Counted from the stretch's first letter, positions 1-12,327 are shown. The stretch: DNA of 64,000 bases from Tubulanus polymorphus (GCF_964204645.1 NC_134034.1:1612072-1676071), one strand, 5' to 3'. A program made the numbers and translations. The notes: a model not told the origin generated them from the sequence alone.

Positions 1-62
1 TTGTCGCTTGTCGAGATACTTGTCGAGATACTTGTCGAGATACTTGTCGAGATACTTGTCGA
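1..62. repeat. 12-bp tandem repeat (ttgtcgagatac)n, truncated by window start
   Basis: About 4.5 exact copies directly visible. Confidence 0.9.
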
Positions 63-228
63 TGACGATCAAGGTTTAAAAATTCATTTTTAAATTTAGT
101 ACATCTAAAATCGAATTGACCAGCAACCAGTCTATCCCAATATTGAGAAGGTACATACATCGTATCCATCCAAATTCCATTATTGAAAACACTGAGAAAG
201 TCTTTAGTCCGACCAAAAGTTGAAACTG

Positions 229-1325
229 AAATACTGAGTAAGAGTTTGTGAAATAAAATAGACTCTGTCTCTTACTGCAGTTAAGTTGAGACGGGTAAAA
301 TTCTACCCCGAGTTGGTGTCAAATACTGAGTAAGAGTCTGTGAAATACAGTAGACTCTGTCTCTTACTGCGGTAAAGTTGAGACCGGTAAAATTCTACCC
401 CGAGTTGGTGTCAAATACTGAGTAAGAGTCTGTGAAATACAGTAGACTCTGTCTCTTACTGCGGTTAAGTTGAGACTGGTAAAATTCTACCCCGAGTTGG
501 TGTCAAATACTGAGTAAGAGTCTGTGAAATACAGTAGACTCTGTCTCTTACTGCGGTAAAGTTGAGACCGGTAAAATTCTACCCCGAGTTGGTGTCAAAT
601 ACTGAGTAAGAGTTTGTGAAATACAGTAGACTCTGTCTCTTACTGGGGTAAAGTTGAGACCGGTAAAATTCTACCCCGAGTTGGTGTCAAATACTGAGTA
701 AGAGTCTGTGAAATACAGTAGACTCTGTCTCTTACTGCGGTAAAGTTGAGACTGGTAAAATTCTACCCCGAGTTGGTGTCAAATACTGAGTAAGAGTTTG
801 TGAAATACAGTAGACTCTGTATCTTACTGGGGTAAAGTTAAGACCGGTAAAATTCTACCCCGAGTTGGTGTCAAATACTGAGTAAGAGTTTGTGAAATAC
901 AGTAGACTCTGTCTCATACTGCGGTAAAGTTGAGACTGGTAAAATTCTACCCCGAGTTTGTGTCAAATACTGAGTAAGAGTTTGTGAAATACAGTAGACT
1001 CTGTCTCATACTGCGGTAAAGTTGAGACTGGTAAAATTCTACCCCGAGTTGGTGTCAAATACTGAGTAAGAGTTTGTGAAATACAGTAGACTCTGTCTCA
1101 TACTGCGGTAAAGTTGAGACTGGTAAAATTCTACCCCGAGTTGGTGCCAAATACTGAGTAAGAGTTTGTGAAATACAGTAGACTCTGTCTCTTACTGGGG
1201 TAAAGTTGAGACTGGTAAAATTCTACCCCGAGTTTGTGTCAAATACTGAGTAAGAGTTTATGAAATACAGTAGACTCTGTCTCTTACTGCGGTAAGGATA
1301 GAATGGGAAAATTCTACCCGAGTTT
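229..1325 (+). repeat. 92-bp satellite/minisatellite array, ~12 copies
   Basis: Unit aaatactgagtaagagtttgtgaaatacagtagactctgtctcttactgcggtaaagttgagactggtaaaattctaccccgagttggtgtc recurs at 321, 413, 505...; same family occurs inverted at 25480-26262 and 58198-58510. Confidence 0.95.
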
Positions 1326-1410
1326 TTGTCAGAGTAGAAATAAAGTGTTAACATGTTTATCACACGAATTGTGTATAATTGAGACCGATAAACTAATCAA
1401 TTGCCAATAG

Positions 1411-1482
1411 TCCTCGGTAGTATAGTGGTGAGTATCCGCGCCTGTCACGTGCGAGACCCGGGTTCGATTTCCGGCCGGGGAG
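1411..1482 (+). tRNA. tRNA-Asp (GUC), C61>T variant in T-stem
   Basis: 72 nt TCCTCGGTAGTATAGTGGTGAGTATCCGCGCCTGTCACGTGCGAGACCCGGGTTCGATTTCCGGCCGGGGAG; canonical eukaryotic tRNA-Asp cloverleaf, A/B boxes, T-run terminator downstream. Confidence 0.93.
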
Positions 1483-2383
1483 ATTGTTTTTGGGTCGACT
1501 CATTGAGTCGTAGCGCCGAAGGTCGCAGCATCTAACAGATATACATGTAGTTGTATGAATGTCGGTCGGAGTTACAGAACTTTCATTTCAAATCGGAATC
1601 GGAGTGCAAAATTGAAGATTCTAGAATAGGTCAAGCCCAGTTCTATCGCTAACGTTATTCGGGGAAAGTCCGATTTGAACTTTCTTAATCTTTATCGCTC
1701 CCTTCACGACGCGTTCACATACGATACAATAACAGCAAAACCGGGTCAGAAAGTACGTACGCAGATAGGTACGCAGAAATGACGTCAGAGCACGAAAGAG
1801 GCTCTTTTATTCCAAGTACGACACGCTGTCATATTTATACTGGTAAATGTCTATAGCGCATAATCTCGTAGTCGTCTGACTAAAAGATTACACGCAATTC
1901 AGTTATGTTTACAAACTTCCAGATCGCGTCGTCGGTTCGGTTTGTTTGTTACTAGGATTACTTTAATAGCGATATATACGTATAAAGTTTAGTCAAACTC
2001 AAACGACTCTAAAGCGAGTATATATCGTAGATATTATCGAGTTTAACATACTTTGATCGACAATTTCGTCCGTCCAGCAAAAGGCACAGACTTCTCTATA
2101 CGTCTAGTCTCAGTCTGCGTAGCGAAGACAGTTAGCGCACTGAATTAGTCAGTTAGATTAAAGTTCACGATACCAACTCGTAGCAAAAAGCCGGATACGT
2201 CGGTTAGCGCTTACCGTTGCAGTAAATTGTTAGAAGGTATCATCTGCTTGTTTCCGGAATGTGTCTCTAAGTCTGGAACTGGGAAGGATTAGTTCTACCC
2301 CCCACGTTTTATTAGCATTCACGCGACCGGCTTCGATAGGATGGACTCGTTGATCACGAGGCGGTAGTCGCGTGTCGAACGGC

Positions 2384-3451
2384 ATGAGGGAGAGCAGTCA
2401 TTCAAACAGCGTGCGCGAGTTGAAAGACATCGTACCGATAATGGACGGCCAGCAGGCGCCCAGTTTATCATTCGATCGATCGTGGACGTCATCGAGACGA
2501 TGCTCGAATCTCGTCGCGTTGGGCAACGGCACGAACGGACGCCACCTAGCGGCGTATAGGGGTAAGTTCGTAGACGTATTTTCGGTCGAGTCTGACGACC
2601 CGGGTTCGAATCCGCTTGCGGCGTTGCAGGTGGAAGATTCGGATGTGTGTTGTATGTGTTGCTATGGTGATAGCGACGGGGTACTGGTGCTTATTGGCGC
2701 CAAAGACAAACCCTACAAACTGCGACTTTACGGGGATATAGCATCCAGCGTCTTTCTCGAGCAGGACGTCACCGGCGCCATAGGTACAACAGGTCGTCCG
2801 TTGTTTATGTTCACGACGGCTTCGCGACTTTTCGTGCAGTGTTTCGACCCGGACACGTGTCGGCCGAGCGTACGAATCGATAATCTGCGCTTACTCGGGA
2901 ATAACAACACGACGCCGAACGCGCATGCGTCGCTGACGGAAAAGATCGTCGAAGCAGACGACAGAAACAAGGCCGTGAAACTTCCGGATGATTTCGGGCG
3001 ACTCTTATCCGTCGACGGTAGGGGGCGCTTCCTCGGCGTTTCATCGTCGCTGATTTTGTATTTAGTAGATAAGAATACGGCACATTATCTCGATTTGATG
3101 CCGTACGTAAGTTCCCGGATGTATAGTCGGACTGGTGCCCGTTCGGCTTGTTTCATCGACTCTCACAATATCATAGTCAGCATCTCATCGTCTGCGCCGA
3201 TGAAAACGTTACTGCTGCACGTGAGCGTCGCCGCGAACGGTCAGCTGCTGCCACCTAGCGTCGTACTCGATCGCGACGAACCGGAACTGGAAGAAGCGGC
3301 CGAGATCGTCAGATTAGCCGACGACAAAGTGGCGTTGTTGCTGTGGGACGAGAAACGACAAGGTCCGATCGGGGATAGAATACGAGTCTACTCGGTTAGA
3401 AATATTCCCCCGAACCAACGTGAGAACGGCATGATCCCAATGAGCACTTAA
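2384..3451 (+). CDS. Uncharacterised intronless protein (~355 aa), probable beta-propeller (NHL/WD-like)
   Basis: Long CpG/GC-rich ORF in AT-rich background; first ATG at 2384; repeated short hydrophobic beta-strand motifs (VDVFSV, VLVLIG, LRLY, LFVQC, ILYLVD, IIVSI, IRVYSV); AATAAA at ~3779. Fold is inferred. Confidence 0.6.
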   Translation: MRESSHSNSVRELKDIVPIMDGQQAPSLSFDRSWTSSRRCSNLVALGNGTNGRHLAAYRGKFVDVFSVESDDPGSNPLAALQVEDSDVCCMCCYGDSDGVLVLIGAKDKPYKLRLYGDIASSVFLEQDVTGAIGTTGRPLFMFTTASRLFVQCFDPDTCRPSVRIDNLRLLGNNNTTPNAHASLTEKIVEADDRNKAVKLPDDFGRLLSVDGRGRFLGVSSSLILYLVDKNTAHYLDLMPYVSSRMYSRTGARSACFIDSHNIIVSISSSAPMKTLLLHVSVAANGQLLPPSVVLDRDEPELEEAAEIVRLADDKVALLLWDEKRQGPIGDRIRVYSVRNIPPNQRENGMIPMST

Positions 3452-3712
3452 ACAAGTGACGTCACATCAGACTGGCGGTATGATCTCCCGATGAGCAATT
3501 AAACAAGTGACGTCACATTAGACTGGCGGTATGATCTCCCGATGAGCAATTAAACTAGTGACGTCACATCAGACTGTCGGTTTGATCTCCCGATGAACAC
3601 TTATAAATATGTGACGTCACAATTGAGCGATTGCGGACGTCACGCGCGCGTGGTGTAATGCGTCAAGAACTGGTGACGTCACGCTAATCGTCGGGAACTC
3701 TTGACGTCATGT
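3425..3712. repeat. 51-bp tandem repeat (4 copies) and adjacent cluster of TGACGTCA palindromes
   Basis: GTGACGTCAC at 3456, 3507, 3558, 3611, 3673; TGACGTCA at 3702. Confidence 0.85.
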
Positions 3713-4118
3713 GAGCGCTATTGACTAGAAATGCACCAATGTACATCTTAAAGATTCAGTCGTCAATTTTAATTTCTAAATAAAAAAGAAACTTAATCTC
3801 AATTTCGATGTGTATCGTTTTTCTCGTTAAAACTACGGGTTAATGAAGTGAATGCCTACAAATCATAGTAATTAGTGTATGTGTTATATCATTATATAAT
3901 AACAAATGTGAACAATGTTGAGTATGTTAAATTATTGTTGGAAAATGTAACGTTTTTGTATCTTCTGTGTTTCATACTAAAAAATGTTGAAAAAATAAAA
4001 CTGATTGAAATGATAGAATTATTCAGTGAGAAATGAATGTCTTTGTATTCTGTTTGTATTTCACTTGCAACTTCTTTATTAAAGAATATGCGAGAACGGT
4101 CCGTACGCAAGGTGCCAC

Positions 4119-7100
4119 CTAGACGGAGAATTCGCACGGATTGTCCGCCAGGGGTCGCATTTTAATCGTATCGATGGCCAAATCGGCGGCGTTCGTGTTA
4201 TAACGAGGATCTGCCTGTCCGAGCGTGTGTTCAAAATATATCTGTAACAAAAACAAACAAATATCAAATTAGTTTTAATTATTAATGTGTAAATAATGAA
4301 CTGTTCAACTTTAAGTGAATAATAGAAGTTGTTTCAATTGCGGCGTTGACCAGGGTCCAGTTGCACAGTCGTGACTTAAGTCCAAAAGTGGTCTTACATC
4401 TTAAGACTGGTCTTAAGTTGTTAAATTGGCCATATAACTAAGTTGGTCTTAGACTGGTTTCAAGTCTAAGCCATGAAGTTATGCCGCTGGCCAAGAGGCA
4501 AATTAAACCCACACAGAACTCTGGATCTTGAGTCAAATCAAACCCACGCAACTGTGGAACTAGGTTCAGAGTCGAATTAAACCCACACAACAGTCTAACT
4601 GGGTTCAGAGTCAAATTAAACCCACACAACAGTCTAACTGGGTTCAGAGTCAAATTAAACCCACACAACTGTGGAACTGCGTTCAGAGTCAAATTAAACC
4701 CACACAACTGTGGAACTGGATCCAGAGTCGAATCAAACCCTGGCAACTGTGGTTCGGGTTGCAGAGTCAAATAAGAATCCCCACATTTTTGCTGAACTTG
4801 ATTTCTCAGCACATTTCCACTATGAGGCTGTGTTTGTAGGCCTACCTCGAACGCTTTGTCTGATTTCAACACGAGAGCCGTGGTCATCCACTTGTCACCG
4901 TGATCACCGCTGGCCGTGAACAACTCCTGAACAGCTCCCGTATAATCCTTCAAATATACCCTGAACGTTCCCATATCCGGGCCTCGCATGTGATAGGCGA
5001 ACGAGAAACACCGATCGCCCAGTTTCGTGGTCGGGGCGAAGTAGGGCGAGACAAGGGTGGCCACGTTGCCGGCATGACGCCCGGTTGACTCGGTGTACAT
5101 GTAGAACTCTACAACGATAACGAACAAAAAAACTTATTTTCTTAAATACTTCCTATGTTCTATATAATAAACTCCTCCCCTAGTTTACTTATTCTTGTTT
5201 TATCTCACGAAATCATTCAGATTGTATCAAAGCGGTATTGATATCGCACATTCCTCGGTAGTATAGTGGTGAGTATCCGCGCCTGTCACGTGCGAGACCC
5301 GGGTTCGATTCCCGGCCGGGGAGATTAATTTTGTTGCAAACTTCTCTTTTAATTTTGCATGAAGACCATTCGTATCGAAGCCAGGCGTAGATATTCTTTT
5401 TCATTTAATCAATCTTGACGACGTAGGACTGGGCGTTCGTTACGCCATCTGATTGGGTGTCTGGTGTCGCGGTTACTTGTTATCTAAGATGAGTAATATG
5501 GCGGCCATACTAACTTTCATATTTGCCGTCGTAGTCGGACGCAGGTCCCGAGGCTTCAGTGCTGGACGGCCCAGATTTCAGTGTCCAGTCCATATCGGCT
5601 TGTAAGTCATCGTGCATCCCGCATGCCCAGAACAGATCGAAATAACACCTCCAAGTGAACCGATCCAGAACCTCTGTAGGAGGTTCTGAAAAAAATGAAC
5701 ATCTTCGTTAAGTATAGACAAGACAAGAGAAAGCAAAAGATTTTCTGATTTGCTGTTTTTAAGAGACAGAAAATCTATTTGTAACTTTTTCCGGTAAATT
5801 TGATTGCAACAAAGGCAGATTCGCGGCCATCTTTCCTATAGAATATATAGAAACAAATTGCTAGGTGTGATTTGATGATGTCATGGGGGGATTTAGGGAG
5901 GCAGACATCTTTTCAATAAGTGTATATCGTTCAAATCACTAGTAAACAATGTGATGATGTCATAGGGGGATTTATGGAAGCAGACATCTTTTGGGCTAAG
6001 GATCAAATCACTATGAGACAATTCGATGATGTCATAGGGGGATTTATTGAGAAAGTCGCAAAATACCTGGCGCTACTGTGGGAATCGGTGTTGGTACTTT
6101 GAAGGCAGACTCGGGGAGAGGCTCTGAAAATAATTCATGAGAAAAGTAAAAATATTTTCATGTCAGATCTCAAAAATTCGTAGCTCCAAATTGCGCCTAC
6201 TTACTTATTTTATCCGTACATTTGTAAACGGTGTTGATCTTGAAAATGTCGATTTCCGAGAAATCCCGACGTTGCCCGATCTCTACTCCGGGTTCGATCG
6301 TCACGATGGTCGGCTCCGTTTCCGACGTGCTGAACGCGTCACGCGGGTAGTGCATCAGACTTCCGTAATCGTAGGGGGCGCCAATCTCGGTGAAGGACTC
6401 GTCCACGTCGAATAGACGGAAGTTGCCCATCCGTCCTGTGAGATAGATCACCAGTGAGTATTTGATGACGTCATATAGGCAGATTCCATACAAGAAATTT
6501 CGGCATAAGATGTCGTGTAGGATTTTACATAAATCAATGATCAGTTGATGACGTCATAGGGGGATGTGAAGATGCATTCTTCATGTTTTATATCAAACGA
6601 TTATGCCATAGGGGATGTATGGATGCGATCGTATTGTATTTTATCGATGGATGACGTCATAAGGAGATGTATATCAACGCAGCCATCTTGTTTTCCATGC
6701 TTACCCTGTAGAACGTTCCTCTGATTAATGGTGATGTATTTGTCTCTGTCCCAGCGACTTTGCTCGTGGTAGAACCCGAGTGCGTGCATCATCTCGTGAC
6801 GGATCGTGCCGATTATGAAACAGCCCTCACCCAACAACAGTCTCTGGCCTTTGTAGTTGTAGAAATTCGAACTCATTCCGATACCAGACGAACAGCTGGT
6901 GGTAGAAATATAACACATTTAAAAAAAAATTTTGAAAACTGTGCATTTATGCATGTATTCCGATAGATGGCGCATGCGTGTAATGTGGCACGTCAGGATT
7001 TCAGAGCATTCCATTTGAGGCAAGCGAAGATCCTACAGGTGTCGCTAGTAGTCACTCAGATTTCAATACCTACTTTCAATTGGTTGAATATCTACTTGAA

Positions 7101-8005
7101 TATCTAGAAAATCTAGGCGCAATATACAACATTGTATCCCATATAGGTGCCTGGCGGCTATATTGATTGAAATTTAAATACCAACCCGCCTTGTGTTCTT
7201 CTGAATAGAATAAAGTAAGGTTGGTCTGTATACGGAACCCATCGGACACACGTGTGTTTATGAAATCCCTCCATTGCCAGGGTCAGATTCCTTTTCTCTT
7301 CTTCGGCTACACAAAAAAATCCAAGAAATGACCGTGTTAGTTCAGACTTAAGACTTAGGCCATTAGACTTACGACAACGACAGGCTAAACACAATGCGGT
7401 CAATTTCCATAGTAGAGACTTAAGACAGACCAAGTTTAGCCACAGTCCTGAGAGTTCAGAGAGATATGACCGGTGCTAATTCAGTGACTTACAGAATTTT
7501 GTTGGGTCGTCTAGTTTGTAAGGTACAATTCCATCGGTCCAGAATTTCTTCGGATTTTTTATCGTACTTCGAAACTATAAGAAAAAAACGTAACATTCTC
7601 AAAAAATTTCGCCTATCGTGGATCATGCTCAAGGCGAGCCGCAATAGTCCTTCTACGGACCACTCATGCGCAATCTTTAGTTTGACCAGACTTTGATTGT
7701 TCTGGTACGGTACAAACCAGTTCGTGGCATCTACGACAAAAGATAACGTTATGACGCAATGACGGCCCAGTGGGCTCAGTTCAATACACGTGGACTTAAC
7801 AATGAAATAGTGGATAGAATAAAGTATCACCACCCCCTACCCTTCCCCCCCCCCCCCCAACACCTACCTGGCCTTCGACCGGATCAGGCATGATATCGCC
7901 TTCTATGAATCCTCCAGCTTCCTCTGGGTGCGGTTTGCGAATGCTACCTTTGGTAACGGGACTGGCCATCACCCCGGTTACCAACAATAAGCAAAAAATC
8001 CACAT
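4119..8005 (-). CDS. Secreted astacin-family (M12A) zinc metalloprotease with C-terminal MAM domain (meprin-like), 9 coding exons
   Basis: Exons 8005-7868, 7574-7493, 7306-7186, 6895-6705, 6435-6205, 6123-6067, 5685-5515, 5108-4846, 4241-4119 join in frame with GT-AG sites. Signal peptide MWIFCLLLVTGVMA; pro-domain FIEGDI Asp-switch; WTDGIVPY; HEMMHALGFYHEQSRWDRD zinc motif; SLMHY Met-turn; Pro-rich linker; MAM (FYMYTES...CFSFAYHMRG...LAIDTI). PolyA signal at 4075-4080. Confidence 0.93.
4500..4770. repeat. 39-bp tandem repeat (~7 copies) in astacin intron
   Basis: aattaaacccacacaac(tgtgg/agtct)aactgggttcagagtca repeats at 4575, 4614, 4653... Confidence 0.85.
5252..5323 (+). tRNA. tRNA-Asp (GUC), intronic and antisense to the astacin gene
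   Basis: Perfect 72-nt copy with GTTCGATTC B-box and downstream T-run. Confidence 0.95.
5860..6050. repeat. Dispersed repeat family 'gatgatgtcatagggggatttatggaggcagccatc' (also ~6455-6690, 11170-11480, 16320-16480, 54880-55170, 57215-57545, 61870-62070)
   Basis: The same degenerate short tandem motif recurs in both orientations at seven loci, mostly intronic. Confidence 0.8.
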
Positions 8006-8598
8006 GATTCTTCTGAAAACACAGAACAAAATCTGTTAAAATGACCGTATTTCTAATTCTGGAACCCAAAGTGTTGTGAATTCGAATAAACTCTGAATTT
8101 GAAATAAGTTCGATTTTGAATGGCTTAACTCATTTTCAATAGGTTAAATATTAACTCAAAAACTGTGGATAGACTGGATCCTGGATTCCACAGTTATGAG
8201 TTAAGAATGGTCTTAAGTTGTTATCTAACTAAGTCTAAGCTCAATTTTTGGTTCTAAAGCCAATCTAACCAGTCTAAGACCATCCTTGTCCTGTATTTAA
8301 TATAACAACTTGAGACTAGCCCTAAGATTTAAGATCACTTTTGGACTTAATTCGCTAGTGTAAAGTACACCCTGGTCCCTGATTAGCATCTTATCGAAAT
8401 CGACCGTTATTTCAAAAATTCATACTTTACCGAACGCGCGGTTTTCAGAGTTCTACGGTGGCGGTGACGAATCGAGCGAGTATGGACCAGCGAGCGATCG
8501 AGCGGGCGGATACCAGATAGACGACGAGTCCCTCCCCACAGCACAATCAAGTTCTCGGTGAGAGGAATTACAGCTGTTTTCACTGATAGGTTACAAAC

Positions 8599-8606
8599 CT
8601 TTTATA
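8599..8606 (-). promoter_or_regulatory. Putative TATA box of the astacin gene (TATAAAAG), upstream of a non-coding first exon with donor at ~8430
   Basis: Minus-strand TATAAAAG; GTAAAGT donor at ~8430; the ATG exon is preceded by a polypyrimidine-AG acceptor. Confidence 0.45.
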
Positions 8607-8869
8607 GAATTAACCGACAATTCAAATAAAGACATCTAATCATCAAAATAGTATTTATTTTGTTGATTAACTTCTACCGGTTTTCAATGCCATTTTTTCT
8701 TTTATGCTTCATTTTTCTAATATATTTATGACTTGTTGTTTTTATGAACGATGACTCGACTGTAATTTGACTTAAAGTTTAAGATTTGTTAAGATTTGAG
8801 TTAAAACTGGTCTTCGAAACCTGCTATCAGGGTCGGTTATGTATATTTAAGACCGGTCTATTCGTTTTG

Positions 8870-9120
8870 TAAGCAATCTAACAACTTACGACCACTCTTA
8901 GCTTATTATGGTTCTATAACCAATCTAACAGCTTAAGCCCAGTCTAAACTGATTATGGTTCTATAACCAATCTAACAGCTTAAGACCAGTCTAAGCTTAT
9001 TATGGTTCTATAGTCAATCTAACAACTTAAGACCAGTATAAGCTCATTTTGGTTCTATAACCAATCTAACAACTTACGACCAGTCTAAGCTGATTTTGGT
9101 TCTATAACCAATCTAACAGT
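8870..9120. repeat. 47-bp tandem subrepeat of a dispersed MITE-like family (also ~4350-4480, 8175-8378, 10300-10590, 15400-15550, 56590-56855)
   Basis: aaccaatctaacaacttaagaccagtctaagctcattttggttctat units; shared terminal motif cagttgcacagtcgtgacttaagtccaaaagtggtct or its reverse complement at several loci. Confidence 0.75.
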
Positions 9121-11529
9121 TTCAAGTTTCATTCCGGACAGTTATCTAGTATTCAACTCAACTCTGCGGGAGCCATACTCTATTTCATATTAGTAAAATT
9201 CAGTTAATCGAATCATTTGCAGAGTGACAATTAGAATTAAATTTTGAACATTTTGGCTTTTATCCTATAGTTAACCTCAATTAAATGCTAAGCCACTGGG
9301 GGCCTCGTATTTGGTGTGTTACCTTAATTAGTAACAGCTTGATGGGGGGTACCTGTAATCCGTGTTAATTATGCGGTTCATACATTATAAATGTAGCATC
9401 ATCTCCCGCGACGGATTCAAAATCATCGCGAACTTCCTCGTTAAAGCAAACCAGCAGCAAACTGTCGTCAATCTAAACCGGAGTCGGAGAAATCTGAAAA
9501 TAGAAACAGAACAATGGAATTCACACCGATGTTGTTTTAAAACTCAACTCGGCCTGAAAATGGTAAGTCGTAAATCGTAAGTCGTAAGTCTATATTTTAT
9601 TGCCTGTTGTTGTTAAATATATTTCACTAAGTTTTCGACCCTAAAAACTGGTATGAAACTGGTATATTTGATTCCTTATTAAACCGAAATGAGCTTAGAC
9701 TGATTAGCAATTATTACTATTTTGTCATTTTAAAATCGATGAAATCATCTTTTAATTGTGCCTAAGAAATAAAGATCTATTCGACGAGCTTAATTTGACC
9801 CTAAAGAAAAATTGAACTTATTTCGAGCTCAGTCTGGCATGTCTTGTAGAATAGCTTGGGAAATAGCACGGTATCAGATCCGCGAGCAATGACAGTGCAA
9901 ATGACCCCGTGTTCTGGCTAAGATAATCATCAAATTCAACCTTCAGGATAATCTTACTCATCTACTTCGATATTGATTAATCATTTTCATTGTTTATATA
10001 AATTCCAATTCCAGGCCAAATACGCGGAGTAAGGTGTCGGGGATCTCGGATTGAGAAACAGGAAAACTTGCGAAACAGCCTCCACTATCCGCTCCAGAGA
10101 ACGGTCGTCATTTCCAAGCGAAAACGTGAAAATGGTGTCGAAATATCGTCATCTGCGATTGTTTCTGTTCAGAATCGTTCTCAAAATCAGGAAAAGTATA
10201 TTCGACTCCAAATCGCGGTTCTACTTCGGCTTTCAACGCTTTAGAATAAAGACCAAATCTTTTCCAACGTCTTAAGACAAACCAACATCTCGAAACTGGA
10301 CTCAGTTGTACTGGTCACGGGTTAGATCGGAGATCAGCTTAAGCCATCTTAGTTTTTCAGCCAAACAAACCAACAAACAAACAAACCAAAGGCAGTCTTA
10401 AGGTTTGAAACCACTTTGGACAAAGTCACGACTGTACAATACGACGAGCCGGTTCCTTAGACGATACTGAAGACCACAAGTCGTCTAAGATCTAAAGGCT
10501 GGTCAAAAGCTGTTAGATTGGCTATGAAGCTGTGTTGGTTTAAGAGACTAGTCTTAAGTCTTAGCCCTGACTATGGAACCGCCTGCTGGTTTTCCTCTTT
10601 TTCAATCGAGGATTTTCAAACACACATGCTTTGACTTTCTCTTTTTTCCAAGCCGACCGACCGAGCACCATATTTCTGTCCTTCGCTTAAATGATTCATC
10701 ATTCTATTTAAATCGCTTGAAATCTGACGAATAGCTTCACTTTTTCTAAACATTATGTGATGATTGACTATTGCGACTTAAAACGATTGCAAATTTTATG
10801 AAATTATGTTAACGGGTTTATGTCAATTGAAATCATCTCGTTTTAATACAGAGGTAGCCATATTAGATTGCGGTACCTGGGGACGAAGTGGATTAACCCG
10901 GATTAACCAGGATTATGAAATTGCAGATAAGCCCTCACGTTAGATCGAATTCCCAAAATGAAATCATGACAATATATTCCGGCGATGTCATCATGTCACC
11001 ATCATGTCATAATGTGGATTTAATGTTTGCTGTTTGTTATTTTCAAATGTTGTTATTTTCGTCTTTTGGTTGTGGGAAAATAAAACAAAAGAATCACGGA
11101 AAAAAACAACGAAATTCTTTGTAATTCAATCTTTGGTTGTTAGAGGGCGCTTTTCCTTGACCTTGAGTCGGCGCAGATATCATGAAGATCTCTACACGAA
11201 CAAACATCCATCTAAGAATGTCTGCCTCCATAAATCCCCCTATGACACCAAATTACTACTAGTGATTTGATCTACAGAACCTTCCAGATTGGGTTGCCTC
11301 CACAAATCACCCTATGACATCATCAAATTGCCTAGCAGTGAATTGATCTATAGATTCGTCCCGAAAAGATGGCTGCCTCTATAATTCCCCATGTGACATC
11401 ATCAAATAGAAGCTAGCGATTTGATCTATAGAAACTTCAAGGAAAGATGGCTACCTCCATGAATCCACCTATGACATCATTGCCTAAGGAAGCACCCACT
11501 TATTACAGCAGTTATAGTATATACTATAC

Positions 11530-11960
11530 AATACACCACATCGACTCCAGACTGAACTGCCACTGATTATACCGATGCTGCGGGTCATCGTGAACAACTC
11601 ACAATACGCCACATCGACTCCAACTGAACTGCCACTGATTATACCGATGCTGCGGGTCATCGTGAACAACTCACAATACGCCACATCGACTCCAGACTGA
11701 ACTGCCACTGATTATACCGATGCTGCGGGTCATCGTGAACAACTCACAATACGCCACATCGACTCCAACTGAACTGCCACTGATTATACCGATGCTGCGG
11801 GTCATCGTGAACAACTCACAATACGCCACATCGACTCCAGACTGAACTGCCACTGATTATAGCGATGCTGCGGGTCATCGTGAACAACTCACAATACGCC
11901 ACATCGACTCCAGACTCGACTGCCACTGATTATAGCGATGCTGCGGGTCATCGTGAACGA
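11530..11960. repeat. 72/73-bp minisatellite, ~6 copies, alternating unit lengths
   Basis: acatcgactcc starts at 11538, 11611, 11683, 11756, 11828, 11901. Confidence 0.92.
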
Positions 11961-12327
11961 CTCGCAGCCACTCATCCCGACTGACCAGTAAAATGATCAT
12001 CAGCACCGCGCAAGAGATCAGATGACACAAAGTCTATTACACATTCAAATCTAGGTCCCGTAACTGTATATACATAAAACCCGAATCACTACTGAAAATA
12101 AAACGATTTTAATGTCAATTTTTAATGCGTGAAACTATGGATGAATTGTTATACATGTAACAGATTGAATTCAATCCCGGTTCGGGAAATTACTATTCAA
12201 CAATTCGCGCGCCGCCGCAGACGTAGATTCACTTTTATACCGCGTGCATTGTGTGTCGACAACTCTGATCTATCCTCAGACTTTTTTTGAACCTGCTTCC
12301 TTCGAAAAGATAACTCCATCCGCGATC

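Noticed and set aside
4438-4845. PQLCGFNLTLN repeat extension of the MAM ORF
   Set aside because: Read-through into an intron containing a 39-bp repeat; a GT donor at 4845 and a downstream exon complete the MAM domain.
11484-11853. Repeated MAVQSGVDVAYCELF ORFs
   Set aside because: Products of the 72/73-bp minisatellite; the frame shifts between units.
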